Assembly (NCBI GenBank): GCA_013239625.1
Contig: MU053653.1
Location: 62,001 to 126,000 of the forward strand
Length of the DNA: 64,000 nt
Origin: Lama guanicoe
Taxonomy: Eukaryota
Direction of reading: 5' to 3'
Shown: positions 12,433-25,800 of the stretch, in pieces
How positions within the stretch are numbered: the stretch's first letter is position 1
Layout of the letters: each line of letters starts with the position of its first letter
The notes under the pieces: model-generated
Database searches by the model: none
What the model saw: only the letters and a program-made list of their open reading frames with translations
Told to the model about the DNA's origin: nothing
Program-made: the position numbers and the translations under genes

Positions 12433-15400
12433 TTGCTACGAGCACTTTATAGAGGGCGATGGAAACTCAGTGGGATCACAGAGCAGTGGAGTGACAGGCC
12501 TGCAACCTGGAGTTATTTCTGCTATGTAGTCTCTCCTTCATTCTTCTGACTTGGGGCAAAAGGGAAGGGAGAGTTTGTTGAACCTTCTTTGTAAAGTTCC
12601 ACGGACAGTTTCATGAGAGCTGATGGAACTGCCTGTGAAATGCTAGGAACTATCTGCCCTTCCTTCTGGGCCTTCTCCACACTCCAAGAAGAGCTCGGGC
12701 TCTTCCAGAACCTGGGAGACAGTCAGTGCTGCTGCTGCCACCTCACAAGCTCTGCACTGCGGACAGCCACCCTGGGCGGTCCGGGAGCTTGCCAGACAAT
12801 GGCTCAGGGAAAGGTGGCAGAAAGGGATTCCAAGGTGAACTGACAATGACAGTTACGTAAACTCACTTCCCATCTCCTGGTCACACTGGCGGTCAGTGCC
12901 TGGTGGACCTGACTGGATGGGGAAGTGGGGGGGACGTGTTCCCACAGGCGACATGTAGCATTCTTTTCTTGGAAACCTGGAAAGTTCATTAACTCTAGAA
13001 GCAGGGAGATAGAAAGTCTTGGAAAATTCCTTCGGAAAAAAAAAATGAGTGTGTATATAATGAGGTAAAAAATTTACCCTTCCAGGTCAGAGGGTCAGCA
13101 CCTCCCAAACCAGATGAAACTCTGGGGCACAAGAAGGGAGAGAACGCCTGAATATACTCACTTAGAATTAAACTTTGTAATTTCCTTATGAGCACATTGT
13201 ATCCTTAAAATAGAATTTTCACCTGTGTTCCCATAAAGTCTGTGTAAATATGGATTCTAGCAGAGGCTGGAAATTTGTATCTTCAAGGCCAGATGTGTGA
13301 TTTGCACAAAAGATTCAGTTTCCTCAAGTAATCCCCTCATTTGGGGAGCAAGGAACCAGGAAGGATAGAAGGATGGCAGTTCTTTTGTTTTCTTGTTTTT
13401 GAAGTGCCAGTGATGGCAGCATGAGAAGCTGGGTGGCTTTTGTTTTATCAGTGACCTAAGGGAGTCTGTGCAGGTTACTACATGGAGCATATGATGTAAC
13501 TTTTAAAGTAAAACAAATTAGCAACTGTTTAAATTAAGTGGTGTCCCTCTTCTGAATGGTCTTGGAGGACCTCTGGATAGTTTAATTTTATTTGAATTAT
13601 TTAGTTATTTTCCATCCAAGGTCTCAGTGTAGTTTCAGGATTTACATCAGCATTGGATTCACCTAACACATCACCTCACTGGCCCTTCTGGACAACCTAA
13701 ATGCTCGAGCTTTATAACTTGGCGATGAGAATCCAGGTTTGAGATGGAGCACGGCTCCTCCAACTGCTTCAGCAAGTATGTGGACGTGATTGGATCTGCA
13801 CCACTCTTTTCTTATCTTCTCGTATTAGTGGGATAACCCTTTAAGGTAAACCATATATTTGATGAATTCACTAAAATGTAAAGAATGAAAAATCCATTGC
13901 TCTTAACTTGTCATTTTGGTAGCATCAGTCACTAATGAACAAATGATTATTTCTAATAACATCGATTCTTGTGTTTAATGCAGACAATTACCTTCTTTTG
14001 GAAGCCTGAAGGGTATTGGGAACAGCACTGACCAGACATAGGAAATACTCCTATATTCACACTGGCTGTGGAGGGAAAGCTTTATGAGTCTGATGAGGGC
14101 CTTTGTACAGCATCTTTGGAAATTATATGTAGTATGAGTAATTCTCATTTTAAGTAAACACAGCATGTAAGACTCTAGCGCTAATAAAGCAGGGAAATAA
14201 TTCACATTATGTATTTTCCACCCTCAAAATTGAAGTGCCATGTGTTAGACGTCGAGGCATGGAAGTGCTACGCTGCCTTATGAGGCCACGGAGGAGGGCA
14301 GAGCCACACAGAAAGCAGCAGGGGGCGTAAAGTGGGGGTCCTGAGACGTCCTGCGGTTCAGAAGGAAAACCGGGGCGGGTGGCCGATAGGGACGCTCCGG
14401 GTGCTGCCGTGTGGGAAATGTGGGCTGTTGAGAGGCGGCAGGAATCGTCAGTTAGTGTTCAACTGTTTGGTTTCAATGACTAGCATTTCCACTGCCCTGG
14501 ACAAAAGGTTTTTGGACTAGCATTGTAATTCTCCTACTCCTTGCCATTTATAACAGAAAATAGCAGGGAATTAGTAAGAAAGTGATTTTAGAGATTACTC
14601 TTTAAAAAAATTTTTTTTCCATAAAGTAAGATACACGTGCGCAGTCTTTGGAAGTACCCACTTAAATGTCAGATTTTGTTTGCATTTATGTTTTATGTTC
14701 TGTTGTTTAGAAATTGTTAACATTTACATTAATTAGATACACGGTTGGTGAGTCAGAATATTCTACATGGAGACTGGGTGAATAAACAGCAGTGACGGGT
14801 GGAGGGCACACGCCTTCCGGGCTGGCAGACGCTGTCCTCAGGAATCACTGCATCACAGGGACCTTTTCAAGGCAGCTACCCTTCAGTGAGGGCTTGCTGT
14901 GTGGTAGGCATGCCGTAAACATTGTTTCATTAAAAATGTTTTGAAATAAGATATAATTGACATAAAGGAGTTCTTTGTTACTCGAAAAACCTTAAATCAC
15001 ATTAATCACGAGTAATCATTTGCTCAGTTCCCAGTGCTGTTGAAGGCTGGTCTTGGGCTTGCTTTGTACCATGTGGGGTACTTCCCGCCACGTGCCCGCA
15101 GCAGCAGCGAGGTGCACAGAGTGGAGGTGAGGGCAGGAGCAGGCCCACTTCTGTGCTCAGAGGCCTGTGGTCTGGCGAACGTGAGGCGCGTCCACAGGGG
15201 CCCTGCCCTACTGCGGGCTTCTGGCAAGACTCTGGAATGCCACAGCTCCCGGTGCAGATGTATGGGGTGGCAGGGTAGGTGGGCAGCGAGCTCCCTTGGA
15301 AGACACCCTTTGTGTTTGCTCAGTGGCAGAAAGTCTAACAGCGCAGGAGTAGTGACCGTGGACAACTTCCTGTTTCCATCAGTCTCGGCCCCGCGTCTCT

Positions 15401-16046
15401 CCGGCTTAAGCAAGCTGCTAAACTGGTCTGAAGAGGCAATTCCAGCATCATTAGCATAATTCCACACTGAAGTATGTTCATGGAGGAGAAAGTGGCTGAA
15501 AGGTCTCGGGATGCCCATTAAAGCTAGCAACTGTGAAAAGACCCGCCCTTGCTGATCTGAACCAGGCTCCATCCAGCCTTGCCCGGCTGCTGGCCACCGT
15601 GAAGCTAGAAAATCTCAGAGCTTTTACTTGGATCTTTGGCCTTCTTTTCATTTTTTTCTCCCATCTTTTCATTTTTCTTTAATATATATTTGTTTGTTTT
15701 TATCTTCATTTTTCCAGCTTAAGCATTTTCTTTCTAATATTTTCTTACTCTTCATTTTCAATCCTCTAATTGCACTCCCCCGCTGTTTTTTTTCTTTACT
15801 TGTGGGGGGACTTTTGCTTATTTTCTGTGTTCTAAAAGACACCTGTCTGCATGTTTGGAATTAACATGTGCTTTAGCAGGGAAAATTGTATCAGGATTAA
15901 TCCATCAACACATAAATGTTGTTGTCATGGAAACGCCTGCCAGGAGACGCTCATTAGAAATTAGATGTGATGATGTGGCATTGCCCTGGACGCTCCAGAT
16001 TCATAAAATAAGTATTAAACTCTTTCTTTGTTACCCAAAACCACTG

Positions 16047-16800
16047 TGTTTTTTAAAATTGAAGTATAGTCAGTTACAATGTGTCAGTAGCTGGTGTACA
16101 GCTTAATGTCCCAGTCATGCATATACATACATGTATTCATTTTCATATTCTTTTTCATTAAAGGTTATTACAAGATACCGAATATAGTTCCCTGTGTTAC
16201 ATAGAAGAAATTTGTTTTTTTATCTGTTTTTATATATAGTAGTTAATGTTTGCAAATCTTGAACTCCCAGATTTATCCCTTCCCACCTCCTTTCCCCCTG
16301 GTAACCAATAGATTGTTTTCTATGTCTGTGAGTCTATTTCTGTTTTGTAAATAAGTTGATTTGTGTCATATTTTAGATTCCATATGAGTGTTATCATATG
16401 ATATTTTTCTTTCTCTTTCTGGGTTACTTCACTTAGAATGACCAGGTCCATCCATGGTGCTGCAAATGGTATTATTTCATTCTTTTTTTATTGCTGAGTA
16501 GTATTCCATTGTATAAATATACCACAACTTCTTTATCCAGTTCTCTGTGGAAGGACATTTAGGTTGTTTCCATGTCTTGACTATTGTGTATAGTGCTGCT
16601 ATGAACATTGTGGTACATGTATCTTTTCAAATTTGGGTTCCCTCTGGATATATGCCCAGGAGTGGGATTGCTGGATCATATGGTAAGTCTATTTTTAGCT
16701 TTTTGAGGACTCTCCGTGCTGTTTTCCACCAAACTGCATCCCCGCCAGCAGTGCAGGAGGGCTCCCTTTTCTCCACAGCCTCTCCAGCATTCATTGTTTG
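16047..16800 (-). mobile_element. 5'-truncated L1 (ORF2 C-terminus plus 3'UTR)
   Basis: ttttttaaaattgaagtatagtcagttacaatgtg..., gtagtattccattgtat, gcccaggagtgggattgctggatcatatggtaag: antisense L1 3' end. Confidence 0.9.
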
Positions 16801-16940
16801 GACCTCACTGTGTTTTGAAAGGTTTAATGGTCATCTTTCCCAGTAGAGGAAATGGATAATTCCAGTAAGGGCCTCCCAGCTGGGCTGGCAACGGGGCTCT
16901 TGGATAGCAAGCCTCAACTCTAGTATTAAACAATTTGCAG

Positions 16941-19900
16941 CGGCGGGACCAAGATGGCTGAGTAGAAGGACGCTAGTAGCTCACCGTCTCCCACAGATAC
17001 ACCAAAACTCACATCCATGGAACCCCCAGCCAACCAGAGCTCCTGCCGGACTCCGACAGAACATCGCCTTCTTCGAAAGACAAAGATGCCAAAAATCTGG
17101 TAGGAGAAAAGGAAAAAAGAAAGAAGAAAAAGTAAAACAGTGCGGGATCGGTCCCACAGGGAGGGAGTCGCAAAGGAGGGCTGGTGCTCGTTTGCTGGGT
17201 CTCCCGTCTCCAGCGGAGAGGCCAGCGGGATGGAAGGAGAGCCTCCGAGGCTCAGATCTGCCCTGAGCACTCCTTGGCCGACAGAACTGAGTTCAACGGA
17301 CACAAAGGGTCCCCGCGACACCCAGCCCGAGACGCGAGCCGGCAGCTGGGGCCGGGACAGGCCACCTGAGCCGGGCAGAGGATGGGGGCGGCTGTAGTGA
17401 GGCAGCCCCGGGGGACTGCAGGGTGCTGCGTGCTGTGGCTGAGAGGGGACACAGAGCAGAACAACCTGGGCCCCCATAAATTACGAAAAAACCCCAAAGC
17501 AACATGGCTGGTGTGCCCTGGGGGGAGGGGCGCTGTAGCCTTTGTCTCCTCAGACCCGCTGCGCCATTACCGGCGCTTCTCGGGAGAAGAGAGGCGGGGA
17601 GCAGCCACAGCCGCCATCTCCTCCTGTGCGCAGCGCGGGCAGGGGCGGGGCCGTGCCCCGAATCCGCACCAGGGGGCTCCGCAACCTCCCGGGCAGGACT
17701 GAGACTTGTTCACAGCCTGAGGCAGACAGGATCTTTCTGCCCCGGCACGTCAGGGGTCTCGCGCCACCAAGACAAGCAAGGAGCTGAGTTTGGGCGCGGA
17801 GCAGTGGCGGGGCAGTTCCGCGGCCTTCCCCGAGCCCGCCTATGAGCGCCCACCGGAGGTGCAGCGGGCAGCTGCCCAGAGCAGCGGAGCGACCGGCGCC
17901 GGGAGAGGGCGGGTGGCCACCCCCTTCCTGGCGGGAACGCAGCCCCTGGCTGCAGTGCTGGGAGGCGGCGCGATCCACCCACCCGCCTCCCCCCCAGCTC
18001 AGCATCTGACTGCGGCATCCGGAGGGAGAGTGACCCGCCCGCCCACCGCGAAGGAGACCAGCACCCGACCCAGTATTGGGAGGGGGCGCGACCTGCTTGC
18101 CGACAGGCACTGGGAGCAGCCCAGACGAGGGCGCCAACAGAGGGCCTCTGGAAACAGCAAGCTGAGTTCGCGAAACAGGGCGAAGACAGAAAGACGTCTT
18201 GATAAAATCTTTAAGAGTGCAGTCTCCAGGAGAATACATCCTTTTTTTTTTTAAATCTTTTTTATATCTGTTCTATTTTCTATTATCTTTTTAATTTTTA
18301 CTTTTTAAACAATTGTATATGTCTACAGTTTAAATCCCTTAAAAATTTTTCTTTTAAAATCTTTTTATTATTATTATTTTTTTAAAAAAATCCACTTCAT
18401 TTCATTTTTAATTCTCTTGGTTTTGATCTTCTGCTATTGATTATACACAGGTTTCAGATATTGTTTTTTGATTTTTTTCTCCTTTTTTAAAAGTTTTAAA
18501 AAGACATCTCAATTTGATTGCTATTCTGCTTCAACTTGCTCTTCTATTATTGATTATACACTGTTTTCAAACCTTTTTTTCTCCCTTTTAAAATTCTCTC
18601 TTGTTTTATTCTTTTTAAAAATCTATTCTATTTTCTATTACCTTTAAAATTTTTACCTTTTAAACAATTGTATGTCTCCAGTTTTCAACCCTTTCAATTT
18701 TTTAAAAAAAATTTTTAATTTTTATTATTTTAAAAAATCCACTTCATTTCATTTTTATTTCTCTTGGTTTTGATCTTCTGCTATTGATTATACACAGGTT
18801 TCAAATATTGTTTTCTGATTTTTTCCTCCTTTTTTTTTTAAAGGTTTTTAAAAGACCTCTCAACTCAATTGCTATTCTGCTTCAACTTGCTCTTCTGTTA
18901 TTGATTATACACTGTTTTCAAACCTTTATTTTCTCCATTCTTTTAAAATTCTCTCTTTTTTAAAGTTTTATTCCTGCATAGGCTTTAGATATATAAATAC
19001 ATAAACTCCTTAAGGACCACAATAGATAACTGATACTCCTTAAGCTACAGTGCCAGAGAGATATGAGCAATATGAAGAAGCAGAGGAACCACTCCCAATT
19101 AAAAGATCAAGAGAAATCCCCTGAAAGAATGATCAATGAAATAGACATTGATTGCCTCTAGATCAAGATTTCAAAAAAGGAGTGATCAAAGTACTGAAGG
19201 AACTAAAAGAAATAGTGTTTAGAGATATAAAATATGTTAAAAATGAAATAGAAGCTATAAAGAAGGGCCAAGTAGAATTGGCAAACTCATTTGCTGAGGT
19301 GAGAGCTGATCTAAAGGCTGTACAAAGCAGGTGTACAAGTGACCTAGAAGACAGGACAACAGAAAGCACCCAATCAGAACAACTGAGAGAAAAACAAATA
19401 AAAAACAATGAAAACAATATAAGGGACCTATGGGATAATATAAAGCATGCCAATCAACGCATAACAGGGGTTCCAGAAAGGGAAGAAAGAACAAAGGGGA
19501 TTGAAAAAGTATTCGAAGAAATCATGACTGGAAACTTCCCAAGCCTAAAGAAGGAATCAGATATCCAAGTACAGGAAGCTCTGAGAGTCCCAAACAGGAA
19601 GAACCCAAACAGACCCACACCAAGATATATCATAATCAAGATGGCCAGAGTCAAGGATAAAGAAGTGATCCTAAAGGCAGCAAGAGAAAAACAAAGCGTG
19701 AGTTACAAGGGAACCCTCATAAGGCTCTCAGCTGATTTCTCTACACAAACACTACAGGCCAGAAGGGAGTGGCAAGATAAATTCAAAGTCCTGAATGAAA
19801 AAAAAGATGCAGCCTAGGATACTCTATCCAGCAAGGCTATCTTTTAGAATAGAAGGAGAGACAAAAAAATTTCACAGACAAGCAAAAACTAAAAAAGTTT

Positions 19901-21090
19901 AGCAACACTAAACCCATGCTAAAAGAAATATTGACAGGTCTACTCTAAATAGAAAAGAAGCAGGATGCTACAAAAATGAGAATCTTATAACTGGAAAGGT
20001 GATAACTATCATGAATTATAAATAGAATAAACACAAAATTGTAAAAGAAGACATCTAAATCATTAAGAGTGGGAGAGGGAAGCAAGGAAATATAGAGAAT
20101 TTTTTTTCTTTTTTAAATTTTTTGTTCCCCATAGGATGGGTTTGAGATTATATTACTATCTGTTTAGTACAAACAGTTATAGTAATGGGTTAATAGACTT
20201 ACAAAAAAGGGTAACCACAAGCCAAAAACTTACAAGTGAGTCACAAAAACTAAATAAAACCCAAGATAATACAAAGGAAAATGACCAAACCACAAAAGGA
20301 AGAAGAAAGGAACAAGGAGGAAATACCAAATCAACTGCAAAAATAAGTTCAAAATGGCAATAAACACACATCTATCATTAATTACTGTAAATGTTAATGG
20401 ACTAAATGCTCCAGTCAAAAGACGTAGAGTGGCAGACTGGATAATAAAGCAAGAACCTTCAATATGCTGCTTACAAGAGACCCCCACTTCAGGGAGAAGG
20501 AGCCCTACTTCAAAATGACACCTGCACCCCAGTGCTCATAGCAGCACTATTTACAATAGCCACGACATGGAAACAGCCTAAATGTCCACCGACAGATGAC
20601 TGGGTAAACAAGATGTGGTGTATTTATACAATGGAATACTTTTCAGTCAGAAAAACCAACAACATAACGCCATTTGCAGTAACATGGATGTTCCTGGAGA
20701 ATGTCATTCTAAGTGAAGTAAGTCAGAAGGAGAAAGAAAAATATCATATGAGATCGCTCATATGTGGAATATAAAAAAGAAAAGAAAAGAAAAACAGACA
20801 TAAATACAAAACAGAAATAGACTCATAGACATAGAATTCAAACTTGTGGTTGCCAAGGGGATGGGGAGTGGGAAGGGACAGATTTGGATTTCAAAATGCA
20901 TAATAGATAAACAAGATTATACTGTATAGCACAGGGAAATGTATACAAGATCTTGTGGTAGCTCACAGAGAAAAAAAATGTGACAATGAATATATATATG
21001 TTCATGTATAACTGAAAAATTGTGCTCTACACTGGAATTTGACACAACATTGTAAAATGAGTATAACTCAGTAAAAAAACTGTTTAAAAA
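16941..21090 (+). mobile_element. L1 with full 5'UTR, degenerate ORF1 (19063-19948) and 3' end, but most of ORF2 deleted
   Basis: YY1-type CAAGATGGC at 16950; CpG-rich 5'UTR; ORF1 motifs (LWDNIK..N.RI.GVPE, PTPR.III, IRLSADFS..TLQARREW). ORF2 start at 20354 (ITVNVNGLNAPVKR..ICCLQET) is fused at ~20500 to the ORF2 C-terminus (IAALFTIA..WKQPKCP), followed by a camelid-type 3'UTR and A tail. Confidence 0.95.
18255..18958 (+). repeat. Two diverged tandem copies (~350 bp) of an AT-rich unit in the L1 5'UTR
   Basis: aatccacttcatttcattttta...ttttgatcttctgctattgattatacacaggtttc...ttgctattctgcttcaacttgctcttct occurs at both ~18390-18570 and ~18735-18920. Confidence 0.85.
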
Positions 21091-24000
21091 TTTTTTTAGC
21101 TGTAGAAAGAAAGGGGTTCTGTAAGAATTGTTTCTTTGAGAATATATGGTTTCAGTTGTCCAACTGATCAATAATCAGACAGGAAAGATTTGTTGAGCGT
21201 CTATTATGTATGCTAAGCCCGTGGTAGATAGTTACAGGTTACGAGAGAAATCTAGTCAATCCTTAGCTGTGCTAGTGGGGCAGGTGAACTGTAGGAAGGG
21301 GCAGACCTGAAAGTTTGAAGACTGTACCACAGGAGAAGAGGAGGGTGTGCAGATCGGCATGGGCCCCTCCTCTGTGCAGTTCTGGCAGGACCACAGCTGA
21401 TAGGGGCACTTCTATCTTCAAAGTGTGGCTTCCAAGGTTGCCTTGGAGACCAGCATTCCAGTCTGCAGACGTGCAGGTGTTTGAGATCCAGCAGGGGCAC
21501 AGGCAACTTCTGTATGTGTGCACTGGCCAGGATTTAGTTCTGTGGCCGCATTTGACAGCAGTAGAGGAAGTGAATTCCAGCTGTGTGGCCCAGGAGGCAG
21601 AAACAGGAATTTTGGCTAGTGGCTGGCAGTGTGTACTGCCCTGGTTAAAGTGTGGGTTGTGGGTCTAAAGTGATACTATGGAAGATTTGAATTCGTTTAT
21701 CCATATTTTCCTGTATTTTCACAGTTTATTATTATGTGCATTACATTTACAATCAGGAAAAAAAAGCAGCACATCTCATTTAAAAGATGTAATCCACCCA
21801 AGGACTAAGTATTTTTTCTCTGTTCCTTTTACATTGCGTCTGTGTGAGATGATGGATGCTCACTAAATGCGTCATGGGCCTCACGAGGTGTGTAATATTA
21901 TGCTGTGCACCTGGAACTCAGCGCTGTGTATCAATTATATCTCAATAAAACTGGAAGAAAAAAATCTGTCATCCAGGTTTGGAACTTAGATCATTATTAA
22001 TTTTTTTTCTATAGAAACAGTTAAAATTGCTGTTTGGATCCCACACTGAGATCATAAAATTCTATACAATCCACAAAGTCAAAATATAAGGCTAATCTAA
22101 TTCTTAACTCTGCCGTGTTTCTCAAAGGGATTTACATCTACCCATGAAGCCAGCGTGACACCTGCTCTGGGCAGGGGGCCAGGCAGGAGAGAGGGACAGA
22201 CAGGAGGAGCAGGACCTGAAGTGCGAACGTGGACACCAGGGCTCTGGCTGGCCCCCACATTGCAGCCGTCCCCCTGTCAACCCACGTGCCTCCTGGCAGC
22301 TAGCACCTTGCTCAGCTGTGTCCACTTTCCAAAGTAGCCCCTGCTCCAAAATTACCTTTCTTTTTCCCAACGAAGTGCCTCTTCACTCTGACCTCACTCA
22401 GGGATTGCGGGGAAAACCCGTTTTGAATTAATTTAGAGGGAGAGAGAACGCAACCACTTAGGTTTCTCAGAGTCACTGCAACCTTCAAGAAAGTTAAGCC
22501 AAATGCCTCTACCGCTGGCAGGCTTGGGGGCAGTGAGTAGACAAGATTCTCACGTAGGGTGGTATAGATGTTTTTGGTCAGAGGCCCCACCCCAGGCTCA
22601 CGTGCAAGTCTGCCTCCTGTACAACTTCTTGGTGCTCTTTCTGCCTGTCATGGCGTCAGGCTGCCTCCAGTCTAACCCCACGTGTATCATAGCCGCATGC
22701 TTCCAGCATCCTCTGTGTGACCCTTCCCCTCCCAGGCCTTCTCAGTCATGTTGGGCTGTGTGACAAACTGTGCTACTGGGCTGTGAGTGTAAGGCCTGTG
22801 AGTCACTTCTGAGTAGACGCAGTTAAGAGCAGGTGTGAGTCTTCCACACAGGCTGTTTCTTTCATCTGAGTGGCTACAAGGGATGACCTGCTGCAGGTGG
22901 AGGAGCTGGAGGGGGAGGAGCTGACAAAGAAGCTGCCCCACCCCTAGTGTGACCTGATGGAGAAGACCCTCCGTGGTGTGCTACCACCTAGGGCTCTGTT
23001 GTCACCCCTAGCCTACCTTGTCTAGATGGACGCAGGCTCCCAGACAGCAGGGAGGGGGTCTACTGGGGGTGGAGACACGGACACAGGAAGGGTTTGTAGG
23101 CCTGAGTCAGGCCGCCTCATCAGACTCCCCTTGTGGTGGTGCTTCACCTGAGAGAGACAGGGAATCCACGTGGGAGGGAGCTGCCGAGGCAAAATCGGCA
23201 CCACCAGTTGGTGAGCAGAGGAATAATGTGAACGGATTTGTGTAGGTTTAGAGAAAAGGATGCCTGGAGAGGAAAGAAAATGGGCCGGAGACGTCAGTCC
23301 GAAGGAGAGAGAATGCCTCTGACTGCAAGTACTTCGAGCTGGAGGCATCAGGGTTGGTCTCGAAGTGCCGTGCAAGAGACTGTCCAGGTGTTGACTGAGC
23401 GGTGCAGCATATAGCAGCTATTTGGAAGAAGAGACTCATTACAGGCTGGGAGACCAGGGAAGAGGGACGTCTTCACTGAAGTGCAGGGATGTGAGGCGGC
23501 TTTCTCGTGGCCAGATTTAGAAAGGTGGGGAGAGGAGCAGTGGGCCCTCTGGATGGAAGGGTTGATGTGCACAAAGGTTTGGAGGCCAGAAAATCATGTT
23601 AGACTAGTTTGGAAAGTACTGTTTCAGGAAGGGCGCATAACTGGGAGGTGAGACGGCAGAGACAGATGGAGGACACACGGTGGAGAACCTGAAATGTCAC
23701 TGAGGGCCTTTACACTTTATCTTGAAAGGTTGCTGTTTAACGTCAGAGTGAGGAACTGGCAGCAGGGCAGATGCCCATCACTTGGGGACAGCTGCGACCC
23801 ACCTGCAGGGCACCATTCGGCAGTGGTGCGGATTGCGTTGGACCTACGTGTGTGCATGTGGACAGATCTCTGAGGCACTGCTGAGTAAAAACATCAAGAA
23901 TAAGTGACACTGCTTGTGTAGAGCAGGCCGCGTCTTTCCCTGCAATACTCCATATTCCTGAACGTACCTGTGAGTAAACACAGGCGGATGTGAGCGACTG

Positions 24001-24499
24001 CACCCTGGTTCTGGAAGGGAACGTGGAAACTGATTACAGTGGTTATGTCTGCGCAAGGACCTGGGACTGGCCACAATCCTGCCTGCTCTGGAGGGTCAAA
24101 GCCTTGTCCTTGGAGAGATTTTTCTAGCCAGATTCCTTCCCCAGACCCAGCTCAAGCTGGATTCCAACCGTGGTTATCATTTGGGTGGACCAGACTGGAC
24201 TTGCTCTCCTTCCCATCAATTCCAATTCATTTATGGTAATAGGAGGTAGTAAATATTCTTGCAGAGATAAGCAGAGCCCCCTTTTACCTAAAATTACTTT
24301 TCACTGCGTAAAAATATTTCCTTTCAAGACATTAGCACTCTTTTGAGAATGATATTTTTGTTTTCCTATATGTGAAAATCTTTGATATCTTGTTTATCTC
24401 CTGACTATGTTCAAGAAAAATTTGAAGCGACCAGTAACATTAAAATACATTAATTTAAACCACAGGACAATAAAGGTATTTAAAAAGAAAGAAAAAAAA

Positions 24500-25800
24500 T
24501 TATTTAGATCATACACAAGTGGGAAATGAAAATGTATGCTTATGCAAAGACTTGTGCATGTGAGTGTCCATGGCCGCTTTATATAAAACAGCCCCAAACT
24601 GGAAACAACCGAAATGTCCATCAACAGGTAAATGGATACACAATTTGCGTACATCTATACAACGGCAGCAACGTAAGGAACTAACTACTGATACACACAA
24701 TCTGGATGGCTTTTAAAAACACTATGCTGAGCAAAGGATGCCAGAGACAAAAAGGTATATGCTGGATTATTTCATCTGGGTAAAATTCTAGGAAAGACAA
24801 ATCTGATCTGTAGTGCTACAGAGTAGATCAGTGAATCCATGGCTCTCAACCATTCAGGTGATGGAAACCTTCTTTATCGTGCCTGAGGTGTTGGCTACAT
24901 GAGTGTAAATGTTGGTCAAAACGAATCTAACTGTACACTTAAAATACGTGCATTTTTTTACATAAATTATACTTTAATGTAGTTGGTTTAAAAAATTAAT
25001 AACATTTTAGTGTAACAAGTAGAAAATGTAGTTTAAAAAAGACTATAGCAACAAAATACAAGGTACTTCAAATTAAAATGAACAAAAATGTGCAAGAACT
25101 TTATGGAATCAATTATAAAATATTATTGAAAGATGTGGAAGATCCAAATCAATAGAGAAATAGGCCAGGTTTCATCAGTATAGAGCTCAACATCCAAGAA
25201 GTGCAAATTCTACTCAAATTGATCTGTAGATCCAATGCAATTCCAACAAAAAAATTCCAAAAAAAATTTTTGTGGAATGTACAAACTGTTCCTAAAATTC
25301 ATATGAAAGAATAAAAGATCCAAGGATAGCTAAAATGTTTCTCAAAAAAAAAAGAATTAAGAAGAAGAACTTGAACTATTGGATGTAAGAAATTATCATG
25401 AAGCTGCAGTACTAAATAACAGTGGTTTTGAATTAAAATAGATAAATGGAGTAGAAGAGATCAAAAATAGATCAATGGACTAGAAAACAAATATATGTTT
25501 ATATGAGAACTTGACGTAAGACAGGAGAGGTATTAAAATCAGAAGAAATGATACTGTATGTAAAAAATAAAATTAGATTCCTACCTCATGTCACATGCAA
25601 ACAAAGAAACAAAAAGTAGACCATGGGGCTGACCTTGGGACAGGCAGGATGAGGTCGGCGCTGGAGGAAACCACAGAAGAAAACATCAGGACATTTGTCT
25701 CTAAAAATTTTTAAACTTCTAATGTCAAACAAATGAAAATGTATGCACAAAATTGGAAGAGAAAGTCGCAAGATTATTACTATCTAAAGAACTTTGAAAT
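24500..25800 (+). mobile_element. Ancient L1M fragments (3'UTR ~24500-24990; ORF2 remnant ~24990-25800)
   Basis: gccccaaactggaaacaaccgaaatgtccatcaacaggtaaatggata and caaattgatctgtagatccaatgcaattcc...cctaaaattcatatgaaa. Confidence 0.8.

Larger units (their letters stand above)
2066..15605 (-). pseudogene. Decayed multi-exon gene A (unitary pseudogene), possibly GREB1/GREB1L-related
   Basis: Exon-like blocks, most with pyrimidine-AG acceptors and/or GT donors: ~15024-15605, 14033-14113, ~13719-13838, ~10480-11063, 8106-8251, 7394-7782, 6943-7173 (77 open codons), 5205-5361, 4842-5021, ~3661-3790, 2814-3028, ~2468-2728, ~2066-2329. Several joins are phase-compatible (SISYVW|VIPLIRE; LLSCF R|ELRLGG; LHLYQ|DDWWWK). 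Many stops and frameshifts. Confidence 0.55.

Noticed and set aside
16926..18254. Multiple 100-230 aa ORFs
   Set aside because: They lie in the GC-rich L1 5'UTR.
19152..19817. 221-aa ORF as a host gene
   Set aside because: It is a frameshift-bounded piece of L1 ORF1.
16047..21090. Oppositely oriented L1s as one twin-primed inversion
   Set aside because: Each has its own, different 3'UTR and tail, and ~140 bp of unique DNA separates them.
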